Shown here: positions 39,883-54,863 of the stretch, one piece after another
Layout: each line of letters opens with the position of its first letter
How positions within the stretch are numbered: the first letter of the stretch is position 1
Origin: Antedon mediterranea
Lineage: Eukaryota; Animalia; Echinodermata
Assembly: GCF_964355755.1 (NCBI RefSeq)
Contig: NC_092680.1
Span: 4,154,001-4,218,000 of the forward strand
Reading direction: 5' to 3'
Length of the DNA stretch: 64,000 nucleotides
Notes under the pieces: generated by a model
What the model saw: the letters and a program-made list of their open reading frames with translations, nothing else
The model's database searches: none
What the model was told of the DNA's origin: nothing
Translations under genes and position numbers: made by a program

Positions 39883-42146
39883 ATGAAGGTAAGATATAAT
39901 ATTATCAGTGATTTACATGGCTTGTATTGTAGCATTAGTGCGTATCTGTAGTGAGCATGGCCAGCCTAGTCTGTTTATAATAGGACAGTTTATCTCCATC
40001 CATGCACCACAAAATAATTTAGTCCAACTAAATAACAAGCCATACATTTGTACTTAATTTCTGTTGCACTATTATTATTTCAACCATACTAACGTGAATA
40101 ACATAACTATAAGAAAACAGCATTTTAGACATGAAGAATGAAATAGGTTGTTGTAAATGTTTTATTTTAAAATTTAATCGTTTAGGCCTAATAACAGTAT
40201 TTTACAGAGCCCTATATGGTGTTTTTTTAATCTGCATTTTTAATAGTTATTTAACAGTATTTTAACATTTTAATAGTATTATAACATCGCCTTATGCAAT
40301 TTGATGTATTTTCTTTGTTGTTTTATTGTTTTAATTGCCAAGAAACAAGAATTTCCATTTTAAAGTGGACTAATAAAATGTCTTGAATCTTTATTATAAG
40401 CCCAAGGAAGAGTGAGAAATTTCACTCTTCTCTGATATAGGCCTAATTAACATGTTCTACTATAAGCTTACGCCTACTATACTAATGCTAATAGTTCAAT
40501 TGAAATACATTTTCACGCTAGTGATCACTGTGGTTTGTAGGCCTTGATCAGCCTGTAATTAGCTGTTATAACCCACATACCTTTAGGCCTACTGTAAGTT
40601 GCTGTACTCTAACACATGCTTAAACCACCAAAATCATCGAGATCGTATGTTATTATAGGAGGTGCTGTTTCAATTTATTTATTTTTTTATTTTTTTTATA
40701 TTATAAAATAATTTGCAGTTTGCATCCACAAAATACAGCTTCATACAAATATGGTAGACCTACATAATTTATATTTAAAAAATAAAAAAATTCCTTGTTT
40801 GAATTGGGTATTTGATTATGTTATTGATGATCCATTTGAAACCATTACAACATGTATATTTCTTTCCCTGTAGGCCTTTTTATCTGTAAAGTCATCTTCA
40901 TTATCTCTCTACAGAATACATTTTTTTGCAGCTATTGTAATTTATAATAATGTCACAAAAATGGTTGCAAGATATTGACAATATACGTTAATTTGACTTC
41001 AGAAAGTCAGTGTCGTAAAGTTATTGTGACGTCAGTCAATTGTCGCGTAAAGTAAAAGGGGAATTCCCTAGTTTGTACTTTGTGACAGCGAACACAAGTG
41101 CATGTCCAATCAATGTAATTAGTACAAAAGATCCAAAGGACCACGTGTGCGTTATCTTTTTAATACACTTAAAACGTTCACAAATACGAAAGAAGGCATG
41201 TTTGTATATTATAGTAATTAGGCCTATCAAATTTTGAACGTGGCAGTGACGTAGCTTGGTAGTTTGGTGCTGTTATTACCCTTATTAAAAAAAAATATAT
41301 ATATAGGCCTAGAAAACATTGAACAAATTACATTTTTCTTTAAATTTCAGACTGCCACTATTTTAGTGATTATATTTACAATGACTACTGTTATCTTAGC
41401 CAATTCAACGAGACAAGTAAATGACTATGTTATTAGTTACCAACCACCGAACAACAGTGATACACAACTTACTATAAATACCACAGCTAAATATAAAAAA
41501 TGTTGTAAGTATTTCTAACGTTTAACATTACAAAGTTTAATTCCCATATTAGGACGCAACGCAAGGACGTAGGCGCAACGTAAATAGTTTGACCAATCAC
41601 ACAGTCGATGGATTATTCGAACTGCCGCTTGTATGATTGACCAAATCACTCGCCTACGTCGTTGATTTCCTTAACATGAACGATAATATGAATAAAATCA
41701 AACCTTGAATATGCCATTTTAGTTTTGATAACGTTATTCACTGACGCAGAGAAAAAAAACACACAATAAAAATATAATGATCAAAAAACTATAATATATA
41801 TCGGTTTTGTGTATTTTCAGCTAACGTTGCTATCCTCAATCAAACCAGAGAAGGATTCGAACAAGAAAAATGGAACTGCAAGTCAACGATAGTCACTTTA
41901 AAAAACGAACAACGTATTCCGATGCTTGTTGACAACGTAGTTTGTCAATGTGACCAATGTGTGATACATGGATGTCCAGGAAGGTGTCAAGAAATCTATT
42001 ATGAGGTGCCTATGTTATTTTATGCTGACAGGATTGACGAAAGCCTGTCGTGGTTCGAAATGCGCAAAGAAAACGTATCAGTCGGCTGCCAATGTGTCGC
42101 AAACAGCGGCAAGACATGGAAAAGATGCAGAAACTCACATTGTTGA
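39883..42146 (+). CDS. IL-17-like cystine-knot cytokine B (divergent, cysteine-rich), ~161 aa
   Basis: Exons 39883-39888 (ATGAAG|GTAAG, with TATA at ~39773), 41351-41504 and 41821-42146 give 486 nt in frame. Signal peptide MKTATILVIIFTMTTVILA; domain WNCKST..NEQRIPMLVDNVVCQCDQC..RCQEIYYEVPML..ENVSVGCQCV. Confidence 0.75.
41027..41068. promoter_or_regulatory. CRE + NF-kB element in intron 1 of IL-17-like B
   Basis: TGACGTCA at 41027-41034 and GGGGAATTCCC at 41058-41068. Confidence 0.5.
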
Positions 42147-45100
42147 TCAAATAATGTCGAATTATATAAGTATATTAATTTATTTTAAATAAAGTAGTTT
42201 TAGCAGCTTCAGACACCACCAACGTTATTTTACTATATAAAATTTATTATACTTTTTACATTTAGGATGCAATGGGCTTTCAACCGTGAATATTTTAAAT
42301 TCATATGTTTGGGTTTAACCCTTTCACTTAAAATTGTCACTTTTTAATTTTTGACCAACTCGATGATAATTTAGTATATAGCTTGGAATCAGGTAGTTAA
42401 TTGGCCAGATGTGTTTACGTCAGCAGCTGACCAATCTAATGTTATGCAAAATTGATGAAACCGTTCAAAATTAATTATTATTTATAAATTGTAATTATTA
42501 TAATCTATATTATATACATATCACCTTGAAAATAGATACTACATTCAACTTTAACTTTTTAAAAAAATTTAAGGATTTAAGTCCTACTGAAATTACAGAT
42601 GTGATATTAATTCATTGGAATGGTATTATACATTTCATAACATGTTTACATTTTTTATGAAAAACATTGGGATAATATAACATAATGTTACATTATGATA
42701 AATTTAGTGTTTCCTAAGCTAACAAGGCCGATAACCACTAATAACGCAATGGTGCTCAATTGATTGCGGTGCTTATTTGATTACGGGGTTTATTAATTGT
42801 AATCCTTTATTAATTTTATCATTTGATCATCACTTTGCTTCTTCATTATCTTCTTATTGTATTTTATATAACACCTAAATAAATTCCTGTCATTTGATTG
42901 GACGATTGTGGGTCACATGGCGTGCAATAGTACGCACTAACGATCGTTTAATAGTACTTTAATAGATTTATGAAGCAGCCCAAGCGGAAGTGTCGGCAGA
43001 CTTTTCAGCAGAAAGGCAGTAAATCATCATCATCAAAATAGTACTTTTTTATAATATCCACGCATTATCGCTATTTCTCAATCTTTACGTTAAAAATTAT
43101 ATATATATAATTATAAATTATTATATTATTATAAAGATTTTTTCAACATTATTGCTATTACTCAATCTTTACGTTAAACATTATACATATATATTTATAA
43201 ATTATTATATTATGATAAAGATTATTTCAATTTGGAATATAAAAAAACTAAGATTTTGAAAATCTGTTAGTTACGTACGTATAACAAGACTCTAGTACAT
43301 GGTTTATTTACTGTACTTGAACATTTTTTGTTAAAAAATGTTCATAAGTATTAAATTGTTCTTATTTTTATTTTATTGAAGCATCTTCAAAAATTAAAAC
43401 AACAGCGCCACCAATAACAGTACATAAACCTGTTCTAGATATTGTAAAAGTTGTTTTGTATCAAAACAGTTCCATAGAAATGGAAACAATGTAAAACAGT
43501 TTTCTGTTTTTTTAGTATAAAGATAATGAATGTTGAATGGTGAGAATATTTCATTTGTTGAAATTGCCGAATGAAATATTCTCTCATTCAAAGAAAACAA
43601 AACATTATTTTTTTTATTATAACACACCTACTGTATTCAATATCTATCTGGGCTGGGCCTTTCAAAAGGTAGCGTTGGAATCTTGGACCCGGGGTAAAAA
43701 AGTGATTTTTCACAAAAAATTTACAAAGAAGCTGAACGGTCAATAGTACCGTTTATCGGTCAATAGTGCAAACTAATGAACGGTTCAAATATAAGGATAT
43801 CCTCAGCAGGTGTGTTATAAACGTTAATAATTAATATTATTATTATTGTAAATTATGTAAATTACATTTATGCAAATTCAAATGATAGTATGTAATTAAT
43901 AATTTGTTTGATTTAATTGCATTCTGTTGTCAAACAAATACTAAATAATGCTATATTAAATATTATATTGCTTAGATAGGTATGTTAAAAATATTTATTA
44001 AATATTTTAAAGATTATAGAAGTGGAATGGTAATAATGGACATTCAAAGAAATTATAAATATGATGCAAAATAATATTACTATTAATTTTGCTAATGAAT
44101 TTGCATAAATTAAGATTTAAAGATATTGTATTCTACATTAATGAACCAAAGAACTACTATTAGTTAGATAGGTATGTCAATACGTAACATACATAGGATT
44201 ATTATTGAAGTGATCTGATAATATGGTGATAAGGATATTCTAAAATGACATTAAGTATATTATATATTAATAGTAAAATAATACTATAAAAGAATAGTTA
44301 GAGAAGGTTTATTAATAAATTTGCATAAATATGTATATAATTATACAATGGTGACAAGACATTCTAAAATGAAATTAAGTATATGATGTCATATAATGAC
44401 TTATATAAGATAGATATATAGATACACATGCTTAATATATACGTGCTTTTATTAATTCATAAAGACTATGATTCACTTAAGTTATAAGAAATAAATATTT
44501 TGAAGACGCAAAAGTATGATTAAGGATGTTATTGTTACGCCTGTGACGTTGATGACTTTAAACGGAACTTTCTGACGGATTAAAATGGTGTCCAACTATA
44601 ACCATGGAGTTGTTATTTTACAACTAACTGCTATTGAGTCTTTTATGTAACGCGTCACACACTATAAATGGATAATGTTGCGCGCCTACAAATTTACTGT
44701 TGTCTGGTACACCAGAGCCATATTTATAATATGGCTCTGTCTGGTACTTTTCAAGAGCGCCCTCACATTATCTTCCAAACGATCATTCTATAGATTAGAT
44801 TATATACAGTATTATCAAAAGAATGTTGTTTACACTTCATTATACATACTACATACTAACTAATATTACAGAATTAGCCAGAGCCAATCTTGTTTGTTCA
44901 TTCATTTATCAGTGGAAAATCATTCCCATTTGTTTCCATTTGCATATAAAATATACATAACAATTATGGAATACCTAATAATCGAACGACAGAAATTTCT
45001 GCGACAAATCATCGTTCATTTCTATAATTAATATTTCAATAACCACTCCTGATGTTCTAGCCTTGTTGCATTCGTTTTGCTAGTGATTTTTCAAGTATAA

Positions 45101-46982
45101 ATCATGGCAGCATTAAGGGATTCGAACCAGTAGTAACACCAGTAGTTGAAACATTAGGCCTAGTTAGGCCTAATTATTTACAAGAGAAACACTTATCTCT
45201 TCAGCAATCAGTAAAGGTTCGGTACAAAAAAATAGACCTATCTATTATTAATCTGATGAAATTAGTAATTGCTACTATACTAGCAGTTGTTTGATTTGAT
45301 ATGGAAGCTGTCGATATGCAAATACAATTCAACGACACTACACAAATAATAAAGTGATGGACTTTATTGGAATATCGCCCTCTATTTATTGTTAGTAACG
45401 TAACGCATCCTTCCCGCAAGAATCCGGGTCAAATCGACGGTGACCTACATAGTCTGCTAGCCTGTCTGAAAAACCGTCCGTGAATATTTTTTTCGGTTTA
45501 ATTTAAATGCTTAATTTGCATGTATTGTTTCATGATATACATTGGTTAGGCCTCAGATAATGTAATACTAAGCGCATGTAACATCAGCTAAAATGTCAGC
45601 TTAAATAGGCCTACCGTACGTTTAGAGTAAACACTTTATGTTATAGGCCTACTTCAACCTTGAACAATATTTATATAGTTAATTAAAATTTATTTTTATG
45701 ATTACAAATAACATTTAGACCCATAAGTAAACGACAACATATCTCGGATGTGTCTGACTGCACTGCCCGACGCTGTTTTCATAATTCGGAAGGGTAGACT
45801 AATTAACAATGACATGTAAACATGTGCGTACCATAAGGTGGTATTCCTTAATATCATTAACAGATACTGGCAATTTATAGTATTACACCATTATCTTCCA
45901 AACTCACCTTCTCCCACTCTCTCGCTGCCCTATCCTCTTCCTCTCATTCTCGCTCCCCGCCACTAAATACAAGACCAAATGTAGGCACGTTACCATTACA
46001 ATAGGCCTAAATAGTCGCAAGCCTTTGTAGTATTTTCCATTGCTCGATCCTAAACGTTGCAAGGCCAAGCCGTTCGCATTGAGGGGAACCGAATAATAAT
46101 TGACACGAGAATGGCGTTCCGTAAGAACAGCGATTTCCCACGATTCTGTAATTTCGTTTCAGTAATGTTGTTTTTCGTAGTTTAAACTATGACATTTCTT
46201 TCCAATATGTTTTGTTTTTTTCTTTATATTTTTTATTTGAAAAAATACACGGATGTCTTTCAATTTTTTTACAGCTGTGTTTTCTTGGAAACAACCAAAC
46301 GCGTTCGACAATAATTTGGTCGAAAATGAAATAAAAGCGGAAAGAAAAATATTACAAGTCCTGAAAATCATAATTATGTTTATTACTAATTAGTTCGACT
46401 TACAATCACTACCATTATAATTTCTATTTTGGTCTAGTCTATTTAGATGATTGCATGCACGCGGTTTAAATTTAATCAATAGTCATACTTTTCAGAATAG
46501 GCTGGCCCAAAAATGTATTTAATCCTGACCAAATTGTACTGCAAATGGTATCTTAAGCCTAGTTACAAAAGGCCTATATTAGTCGGGTATTCACTGCGTA
46601 ATCTGGCTATTATTATTTACTATACAATCAATACGTTAATACACTATATGGCCTATCTTATACTAAAACAGGATTTGATATGAAAATCCACAAAATAACT
46701 TTCTGGATTTTCTGATTCACTTATAATACACATCACACTACACTGATGACTCAGCAGACGAATGCAGTTCAAACTAGAACAGGGGGATGCACTAGAATAA
46801 TAACAAAACTTATCATACAATATTTGAGTATCTTCTGTGGTTGGGCTGATGTGTACGTATGTTGTTGTGTAGTAAGTAATGAAGTGTAAACAACAACCTA
46901 AAAATAACCTTTGCACATCCATTACGCATGTGCCACAAAGGCAGACAAGTGTGAAATTACTCTCCCGCGCTCGAACACACTG

Positions 46983-47150
46983 TAAAGCTTGGTGGTTCCC
47001 ACTAGGACGCAACGCAAGGATGTAACGCACCGCAACGTGATTTGACCAATCACAAGAGATCGATTTTTCAAACAGTTGCGTGTGATTGGTCAACTCGCTT
47101 GCGTTGCGTCTGTACGTCCTTGCGTTGCGTCCTAGTGGGAACCAAGCTTA
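46983..47150. mobile_element. Palindromic MITE, GGTTCCCACTAG family
   Basis: AAGCTTGG..GGTTCCCACTAGGACGCAACGCAAGGA / TCCTTGCGTTGCGTCCTAGTGGGAACCAAGCTT. Relatives at ~2270-2410, 41545-41670 and 59138-59830. Confidence 0.85.
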
Positions 47151-49754
47151 ATCGATTTTTTTTACGTGTCCCCTAACTCAAGTAATAATATAAAAAACGT
47201 TAGCCATCGTAATTTACGTTTACATGGTGTCCATAGCGCAATTGTGTACTAAAAAGTTCTTATCATGCGATAGGCTACGTTTACACACAAGCCTGGCATC
47301 CCCTGACGTAAGCGATTGTAAACACGCGACAAACATCGTAGGTTTGATTTCACGCAACAACACAACGCAATCTACGCAATGTACGAACATGCTCTTCCAA
47401 TAATTGTGCTTGCCCCCGCCTGCGTGAAATCAAACCTGCGATGTTTCCAGCACTGTTGCATCGTCGGTTCCCACTTGTGATTACGCAATACAGCACTTTG
47501 CGTCAATACGTCGCTGCGTAGCGTTCTAGTGGAAACCACACTTTAACAAGCGACAGTCGAGTGTTAATGACTGATATATATACATATATATATATAAAGT
47601 CATTATAAATTCATTTGTGTATGAATATACATTATGCAGAAATAAATGTAGGTTTGAAATATGGTAATATGATATTTCCAAAAGGATATAACCACAGAAT
47701 ATTAATAATAATAAATTCATATTTTTTAGGGTAAAATCGCAAGCTGATACAAAGTGTATTTCCCATGTTCCATTTGGTTAAACAAACCTACGTCAGACGC
47801 AGTGGAGCTCTTTATAATGCCGATAGAAAGCGTGTTGCATAGCGAGAAAACGGATGTGGAAAAGGAGGAAACATTGTAACTGCTTACCACAAAAACAACT
47901 CCGTCACCAATATAATACTGTAACTTATCTGGTTTTTACGCGGAGCCGGGTGATTCTAGTTTGCGCCTGGTTTAGCTATAGCTTTGTTTTTATTTTCCGA
48001 AATAGTCATTTTCTATATATGAATACAACACACCCTTCATAAACCTTGATGACTCACAAATCAACAGCATCCTTAAATTAAATTCGGCTGCACCACCTAA
48101 ATTGCCTCTTATCTGTTTCAGTATTTATTTATATAACCCATATCTTCACTGGGTAAACCCTATATTATTATGTATACCTAACTAAAATTGTGTACAATAC
48201 ATTACAGAGGTATAGTGACAAACTAGCATGTCAACAAATGATGGGGCACCAAGGGATACCCCCATGTATAGTGACGTCATAGCCACTCAAATGCTGCTCT
48301 GCTTTTACCAATACTTGAACATAAATAAACATAACCTTGCATATTATAAGTGCACTTGAATAGAACAATAGATTTTGACATTCATTTGTCCACGACCATC
48401 ACTTATTATTGTATATTTATATACTAGGCCTACACATAATATTGTTAATACTTCGTTGACATTTTATTTGTGCAGAGCCCCATGGAATAAACAACAGTGC
48501 ATTTATCTGGGCCACTGTCGTGGTTTAATATACAAATAATGAATGTTTATGAGTGCAATGGTACAAATAATGGCACGAGGTGAATGATGAAAGGTTATAT
48601 CAACGAGGCAAAACCATTACACGAATACAAAACATTCATTATTTGTTTTATATAACATCTAAATAACAAACAAAAATGTTTCAAAAAGTACTATTTAACG
48701 ATCGTTGAACAGTGCGTACTATTGCACGCCATGTGACCCACATTCGTCCAATCAAATGACAGGAATTTATATATGTGTTATATAATAAAGGTTAATTGAA
48801 TAAATCAGCAATATTTTCTTGGGAGATACATGTTCGATTTTGCTACATTTCTTTTGTTTGTGAAAATCGGGTATAACTTCAGTTTAGTCATTCGAACAAA
48901 ATATACCAATAAAAGTTGGTATCGAGCATCGCCCATTATTAACGGAAGTTCAATGTTGTGTTGTTAATGTCATGCATGCAAAAATGTTTCTTCGTCGACC
49001 TTTGCTTTTTACAGGGCGTGTAAACATACCAATATAAACCACAAATGCAGCAGATATTCATCTAAAAATGGAGTTACGAAAGAACTTTTTATCAAGCCGA
49101 CGAAAAAAAAAGTTCCGCGAATACTTACTCATCTTTCAGGATGTTCAATTTAATTAAGTAACGGTTTTATTGTTCTTATATGCATGATGTCATTAGACTG
49201 GTATTTGAAAATGTTAAATTTAAGATGATATATAAATAGTTATTATAAAGTACCGTATTAATATTAAGCTCTGTCTACATTACCAAATATGGTAGTGATA
49301 TTCCCAATTATGGTAGTGATATGACATCATCATGTCCATTATGGGCACATCACATTATCACATAAACTTTTATAGTGTAAACGGAGCTTTAGTTAAGATG
49401 AACACTTTGCTCAGTGTACAAGAAAAACAATATTCCTATAATTATCATCTATTTTCGCTGGTTATCGTTTTAAAAAAAAGAGGCTATAATGTTGCCACAT
49501 TAATTCATGTGGATTGTGGGTCCTAACAAAACATAACCAGAGTTAACATACGTATATTGAGATGACTGTGTCAGTACTTTATTTTGTTTACGCCCGTTTA
49601 GGCAAAATCCATACAAGAGATCCATTTGAAAATAAACAAGAATATGTGACAGGCTGCTACCACCCCTCCCCACCCCTTTTCACACCCCGAACAAGCTTAA
49701 ACCGATCCATATACCATAAATGATTAAGAAAACAGTTGTGTATCTGTTGAATAT

Positions 49755-49915
49755 AAAGCTCTGTCTACACTATCAAACTCGTTTGAGAGAAAAAGTGTGA
49801 TGTGTCCAAATATGGTAGTGATATGCTTAAATATGGTAGTGAAATGACATCATCATGTCCATATATGGGCACTTCATTTTTTTGTCACATAAAGTTCGAT
49901 GGTCTAGACAGAGCA
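49755..49915. mobile_element. Representative of an abundant ~150-bp MITE family (AAGCTCTGTCTACACTATCAAACT termini)
   Basis: Termini AGCTCTGTCTACACTATCAAAC / GTTTGATAGTGTAGACAGAGCT with internal AAATATGGTAGTGAT repeats. Other copies at ~1981-2134, 9140-9265, 9821-9980, 12990-13100, 18045-18133, 18712-18856, 23540-23676, 28290-28390, 29453-29642, 49266-49390 and 52487-52611. Confidence 0.85.
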
Positions 49916-50162
49916 TTTTGAAATGAAAGAGTGTTTCGGTGATTATAACTTAAAAATGTATTTCATAATATCCGATGGACAATCTAAATATGAATTTAAG
50001 TTTCAACAAGCATTAATTAATGTTTTAATTTGTTTCATATTACTCGTATTAATGTTTAAATTAGCTTCCTGTACGTATGATGTATGTGTTTCATGAAGTT
50101 TCATTATCACAGATTACAATGTGGATAAACACATGTTGTACACAAAACAACGCAATCGACAA

Positions 50163-50184
50163 TGACGTCATTAGGGAAATTCCC
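50163..50184. promoter_or_regulatory. Composite CRE + NF-kB element (candidate enhancer)
   Basis: TGACGTCA (50163-50170) lies 3 bp from GGGAAATTCCC (50174-50184). Confidence 0.5.
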
Positions 50185-50322
50185 TTATCGGAAGGTAAAC
50201 ACTCTCTGTGGACAAACTGACAATTTATTACTTTGTTTGAAAGCAAAAGACACTGTGCAATATTACAACGTCACAAAATATTGGGTAGACCATATTTGGG
50301 TGTAATGTTATTTTTTAATTAG

Positions 50323-50688
50323 TAATATTATCAATATTATTATTTAGGCATTTGTTTTGTATTTGTATCCGTTCTGTTGTTGTATGTTAACTCTGTAATT
50401 GACGAATTTTGTTTTATTTTTGTTGGTTTGGGTTTCGAAATAAAATATATAAATAAATAAAATGGCGGAAAAGTGAATTCTATATCAACCTACATGAGAA
50501 ATTGTTAAATTGGTAATATTATTAATATTATTATTTAGGCATTTGTTATTTGTATCCGCTCTGTTGTTGTATGTTCTGTTATTGGCGAATTTTTAATTTT
50601 TTTTCTGTTGGTTTAGGTTTCGAAATAAAATATATCAATAAATAAAATGGTGGAAAAGTGAATGTTATATCACCCTACACGAGAAATT
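50323..50688 (+). repeat. ~185-190-bp tandem duplication
   Basis: TATTATTATTTAGGCATTTG..GGTTTCGAAATAAAATATA..GGAAAAGTGAAT..GAGAAATT occurs twice. Confidence 0.85.
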
Positions 50689-50914
50689 AGTTTTAGAAGA
50701 GTTCTGCCATGCTCCCAGCAATTTTTGGAGTACTAAACATACACTGTTCCTGCTTTTACTGCTGTTTGATGTGAAGCATATTTACATTTGAGCTGTTTTA
50801 TGATTTGAGTAGAGATGCGATAGCGCTAGAGAAAGTGTGGAAGTCAATATGTCTATGATCAATGTAATTGGTCACATGCTACATGTGATATATTGTTTGA
50901 AGGTTTGCTGTTGA

Positions 50915-50965
50915 GTTTCTCGACGTTTCGATCAATATGCTTTGATCGTCCTCATGAGTGAGAAT
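50915..50965 (-). mobile_element. Penelope-like repeat fragment with a mutated hammerhead core
   Basis: Minus strand CTC-ATGAGGA-CGATCAAAGCATATTGATC-GAAAC-GTC-GAG. The first core base is C>A relative to the copy at 5137-5190. Confidence 0.5.
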
Positions 50966-53900
50966 ATGCCTATATAAGCGCAATGATAATATGCTGGCCC
51001 AAAATAAAGATTTAATTTAGAATATTATTTCTATAAAAAGATATCTATAAAAAGAAAGGTGTGAATATATATTTTATTAATTTATAACAATATTTCCTTA
51101 TATTGGTACTAAGCGGTATTCTTTATGTGTATTTCGGTTATAAAGACAATTAAACCAACCTCGTGATTGTTACAAACTTGTCGTATTAAATTCAAATTGT
51201 AAAAATTACGTAATCTTATGAATTAACTTTTTGAGTGCACCTTACATTCAAGACTTTATTTAACAAGTGTTCAGACTGATATATCCATACATCTTGTCAT
51301 TCAAATAATAATTTATTGTCATAAAGCGTGATTCCATTTAAAGCGTAATTAGATGCTTATTTGTTTATTTGAGTTTCGATTGTGTTCTGTCTATTGGACA
51401 GTATAAGCGTATACGTTTATATAGTCAATACATTTATATTGAAGTAGATACTTACATTGAGAATAATATTCAATAATATTAATGGGGATCTCCCGGAAAA
51501 GTGTCACCCCATGCAAACTGAGTAATTTTTGACTGTTTTAGATAATTTGAGATTTACTTTTTACTATTTCCTTTATATTACTATAATAAATATTTAAATT
51601 AACTGTACAATATTGATATTACTAATATATACAATATAAATATATAGTCAAATTGGTTTCGTTAATATAAATCAAACAATTTGGTTTTAAACACGAAATC
51701 ACAATATCATGGAATATCTCATGAACAAACTTTTCATTTTTATTTTTGCTGAATGTTGTTACCATAGTGTACTAACACGTTCTCTATCTTAAAAACCTCA
51801 TGATTGTATTTTACAAAAAACAAAAAATGTAAATGTTATTAAACGTAAATGTCATATTGTTATGCAATCATATTTACAGGGGATACACGACAACAGAATG
51901 GTTGTAAAATCAAAGGTCATTTATATAACATTGCAGTGCCAGCCTTATGTTTACGGAATGTAGAATTCCTTCTTTTTATGAATTGTTTAGAAAATCAATA
52001 TATGGCCTGATGGGTAGACTAAATGCAAGCGAAAATGTTTTAGTCTCAACGATTATAAACAATGTCTTAGTTAAGTCGAAGATGCTCTCCAGGTGGAATG
52101 CCATCATGAGATGAGTAGTAATTAGTCTTGTTTATTTTATTTCATTTATGTAATTTAATAAACCAGAGATTCAGAAATAAAAGATTGAATGAATGAATGA
52201 ATGAATAAGAGGCAGATCAGGGTGAACTCTGAAAAATAATATCTATTATTAAGGCATGTTTCAGACACACACAAAAATGCAATTTGTTTGAAGAAAAGGG
52301 TTTCGGACCCATATCACTACATTTTAGTATCGATTACTATTAACCTCTGTCTACACTATCAAACTCTATGTGACAAAAAAAAGAAGTTTACGTTGACAAT
52401 TAGTTACATTGAAATAAAAGAAATATATTTGAATATTGAAATATTAATAATAGGGTTTTATTCTTAACTTCTCATTTACGAGCTAAGAGCTCTGTCCACA
52501 CTATCCCATAATGGAAATGATGATGTCATATCACTACCATAGTTGGGTATATCACTACCGTATTTGGGCACATCACACTTGTTTTAATTTGATAGTGTAG
52601 ACAAAGCTTTACTCTAATAATATAGAAAATAATTGGAAGATAAGGAACGATCCTGATTTTTATAATTATCTATGGTGTGTGACGTCATATTATGTGGTCA
52701 CTATATTCACTAAAGTTAAGGTTTTTATATTGAAAGCTCTTTTAAATGCGTGGGCATAATTCAACTTATTACAAATTCGGGTTTACGAATGACAGTGCAT
52801 ATTTTTTTTTAAATTATAAAACACAGGTACCTAGAAAAGGAAAGAGGAAACAATAAGGATAATTGTAGTGACATTATTTTTAAAATTAGTCCCCTTTGTG
52901 TCAAATAACTTCAGTAACGGAAATGTGCGTACTTAAGGCTTCTTCAAGTAAATTAAGAATCACAAGCTATTAATTTAAACTATTTAGTAAAGATAATAAT
53001 AATATTTCTTTAAATTGTTTTGAGTTTTTTTAGGGGAATTCTCATGTTTAAATTTGAAATTTTAAATAAAATGATTTAGATTAATGTCACTTTTTTCGAT
53101 GAGTAATGAAGACAAATAAAATAATAATGATAAAAAAACCGTAACAATATACTGTAGGCCTACCATATTTTAAACAAATGTGACGTCTTTTAGTGGGTTA
53201 GTATGGTTTACGGCCGATTTTCAGCAAAATCGGCCGCATAATTTTAAACGCATAATATTTACTCAACCCTATAAATATCAATCAACCAAACATTCTATTC
53301 GTATTGGTTGTCATGTCATGTCATGCGAACAATTATTACTCACATATTATTATAGATATTATTATAGTTCAGTATGATATTTCTATAAACCAATCCAACA
53401 ACTAAATAATCAACTTACCCTTAAATAAACACTCTGAATAACTCTTGAGTGTTGTAAGTGGTAAAATTGCCTTTGTATTTATAATGGCATCCGTATTGGT
53501 TTGGATTAATCATTCGTAAACTGAGGAGGGTAAGGGAGGGAAATAGAGGTGGGGGGGGGGGGTTAACTATGATCAACCCGTTTGAGAATTAAATTATTTG
53601 CTAATGTCCAAACTTACAGCAAGACAATCTAACCTTATATACTTATAGTAGCCAATTTTCTAAATTCCCTGATCAAGCATCTCATCAAATGTTACACATG
53701 TATCGTAGACTTTACCACATTAACTTAACCATCTATAAGTACCAAATAAGATGCTGTATCACGGCATTTGCCTTGACAAATGCAAGTTCAAGCAAAATAA
53801 TATTGGAGAAAAAGATTTTGTATAACGCTTGTAGAGCACAATCATCATCTTTTATCTTCATTATAAAAGTATAAATTATCATAAATTTAGCGCAAGTCAA

Positions 53901-54221
53901 AACATGAGGATCAGTGTTTGTTGTTCCTATAGGAACCATCATCGATTAGGCACACGCCAACACATTCCTGTTGTCAAAATATTTTGCTAGATATGATTTC
54001 CTTGTGGTTTTCTAAAATCTACCCACGCTGAAGGAACACAGTTTGAAATACTCAGTAAAACAATTCAAAGGGAATTTTTGTGCACAGTGTTTTTTAGTCG
54101 ATGGTAACAATTACAAAAATTCTAATTTTCATACCCTTGTTATTTTAAAAAATTATGACGAAGAAAAAAAAGAAGCAAAAAGCAGAAGACTAAAACATTG
54201 CGTGAGTATAGTGATACATTG

Positions 54222-54486
54222 TAATGATGATGATGTTGATGTGATGATGATGATGGTGATGATGATTTGTGATGAAGGTGAGGATAATGATGACACTGAT
54301 GATTATGTATGATAATCATGATGACGAGAATGATGATGTATGATGATGATGAGGAGGAGGAGGAGGAGGAGGATGATGATGATTTGTGATGATGATGATA
54401 ATTTGTGATGATGATGATCATCATTGGTGATGATGATGATAATTTGTGATGATGATTAAAATGAGGATGCATGATAGCGATGGCAC

Positions 54487-54517
<31 letters not shown>

Positions 54518-54548
54518 AACGACGATTATGACACTGATGATGTTGATG
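54222..54548 (+). repeat. Imperfect (GAT)n/(GAG)n trinucleotide repeat
   Basis: Long GATGATGAT and GAGGAGGAG runs. Confidence 0.9.
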
Positions 54549-54863
54549 GCAATTAATTCAACAGTATTTATCCACAAAGGCCTAGATCATAACCGATTTT
54601 CGTACAGTATCATGTCTAATAACTATAAACAGCACCTGCAGTTCCTTGTCTGCTGACTACAACCTTTTTTACTATTCTTTCAGTTATTATGCCTCTTGTC
54701 AGCCATGGTAGTTTTTTCACCGTATGAGAATGGTATGCATAGATTACTATGACAATCTAAAGGCAAATTACTAAAACATTACAATACTTTGGGAGTGAAA
54801 GGATATCAATGGAGATACAAAATAAAATAAGAAAAATGCTAAATCAAAACTGGCAGAAAACAA

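Noticed and set aside
46653-47093. 146-aa minus-strand ORF; CTGATGA..GAAT motif at 46743
   Set aside because: The ORF begins within a MITE and has no recognisable domain; the motif lacks the GAAA box and helices of a hammerhead.
54043-54656. Low-complexity ORFs (poly-I/S/H/M/D)
   Set aside because: Produced by the (GAT)n repeat.
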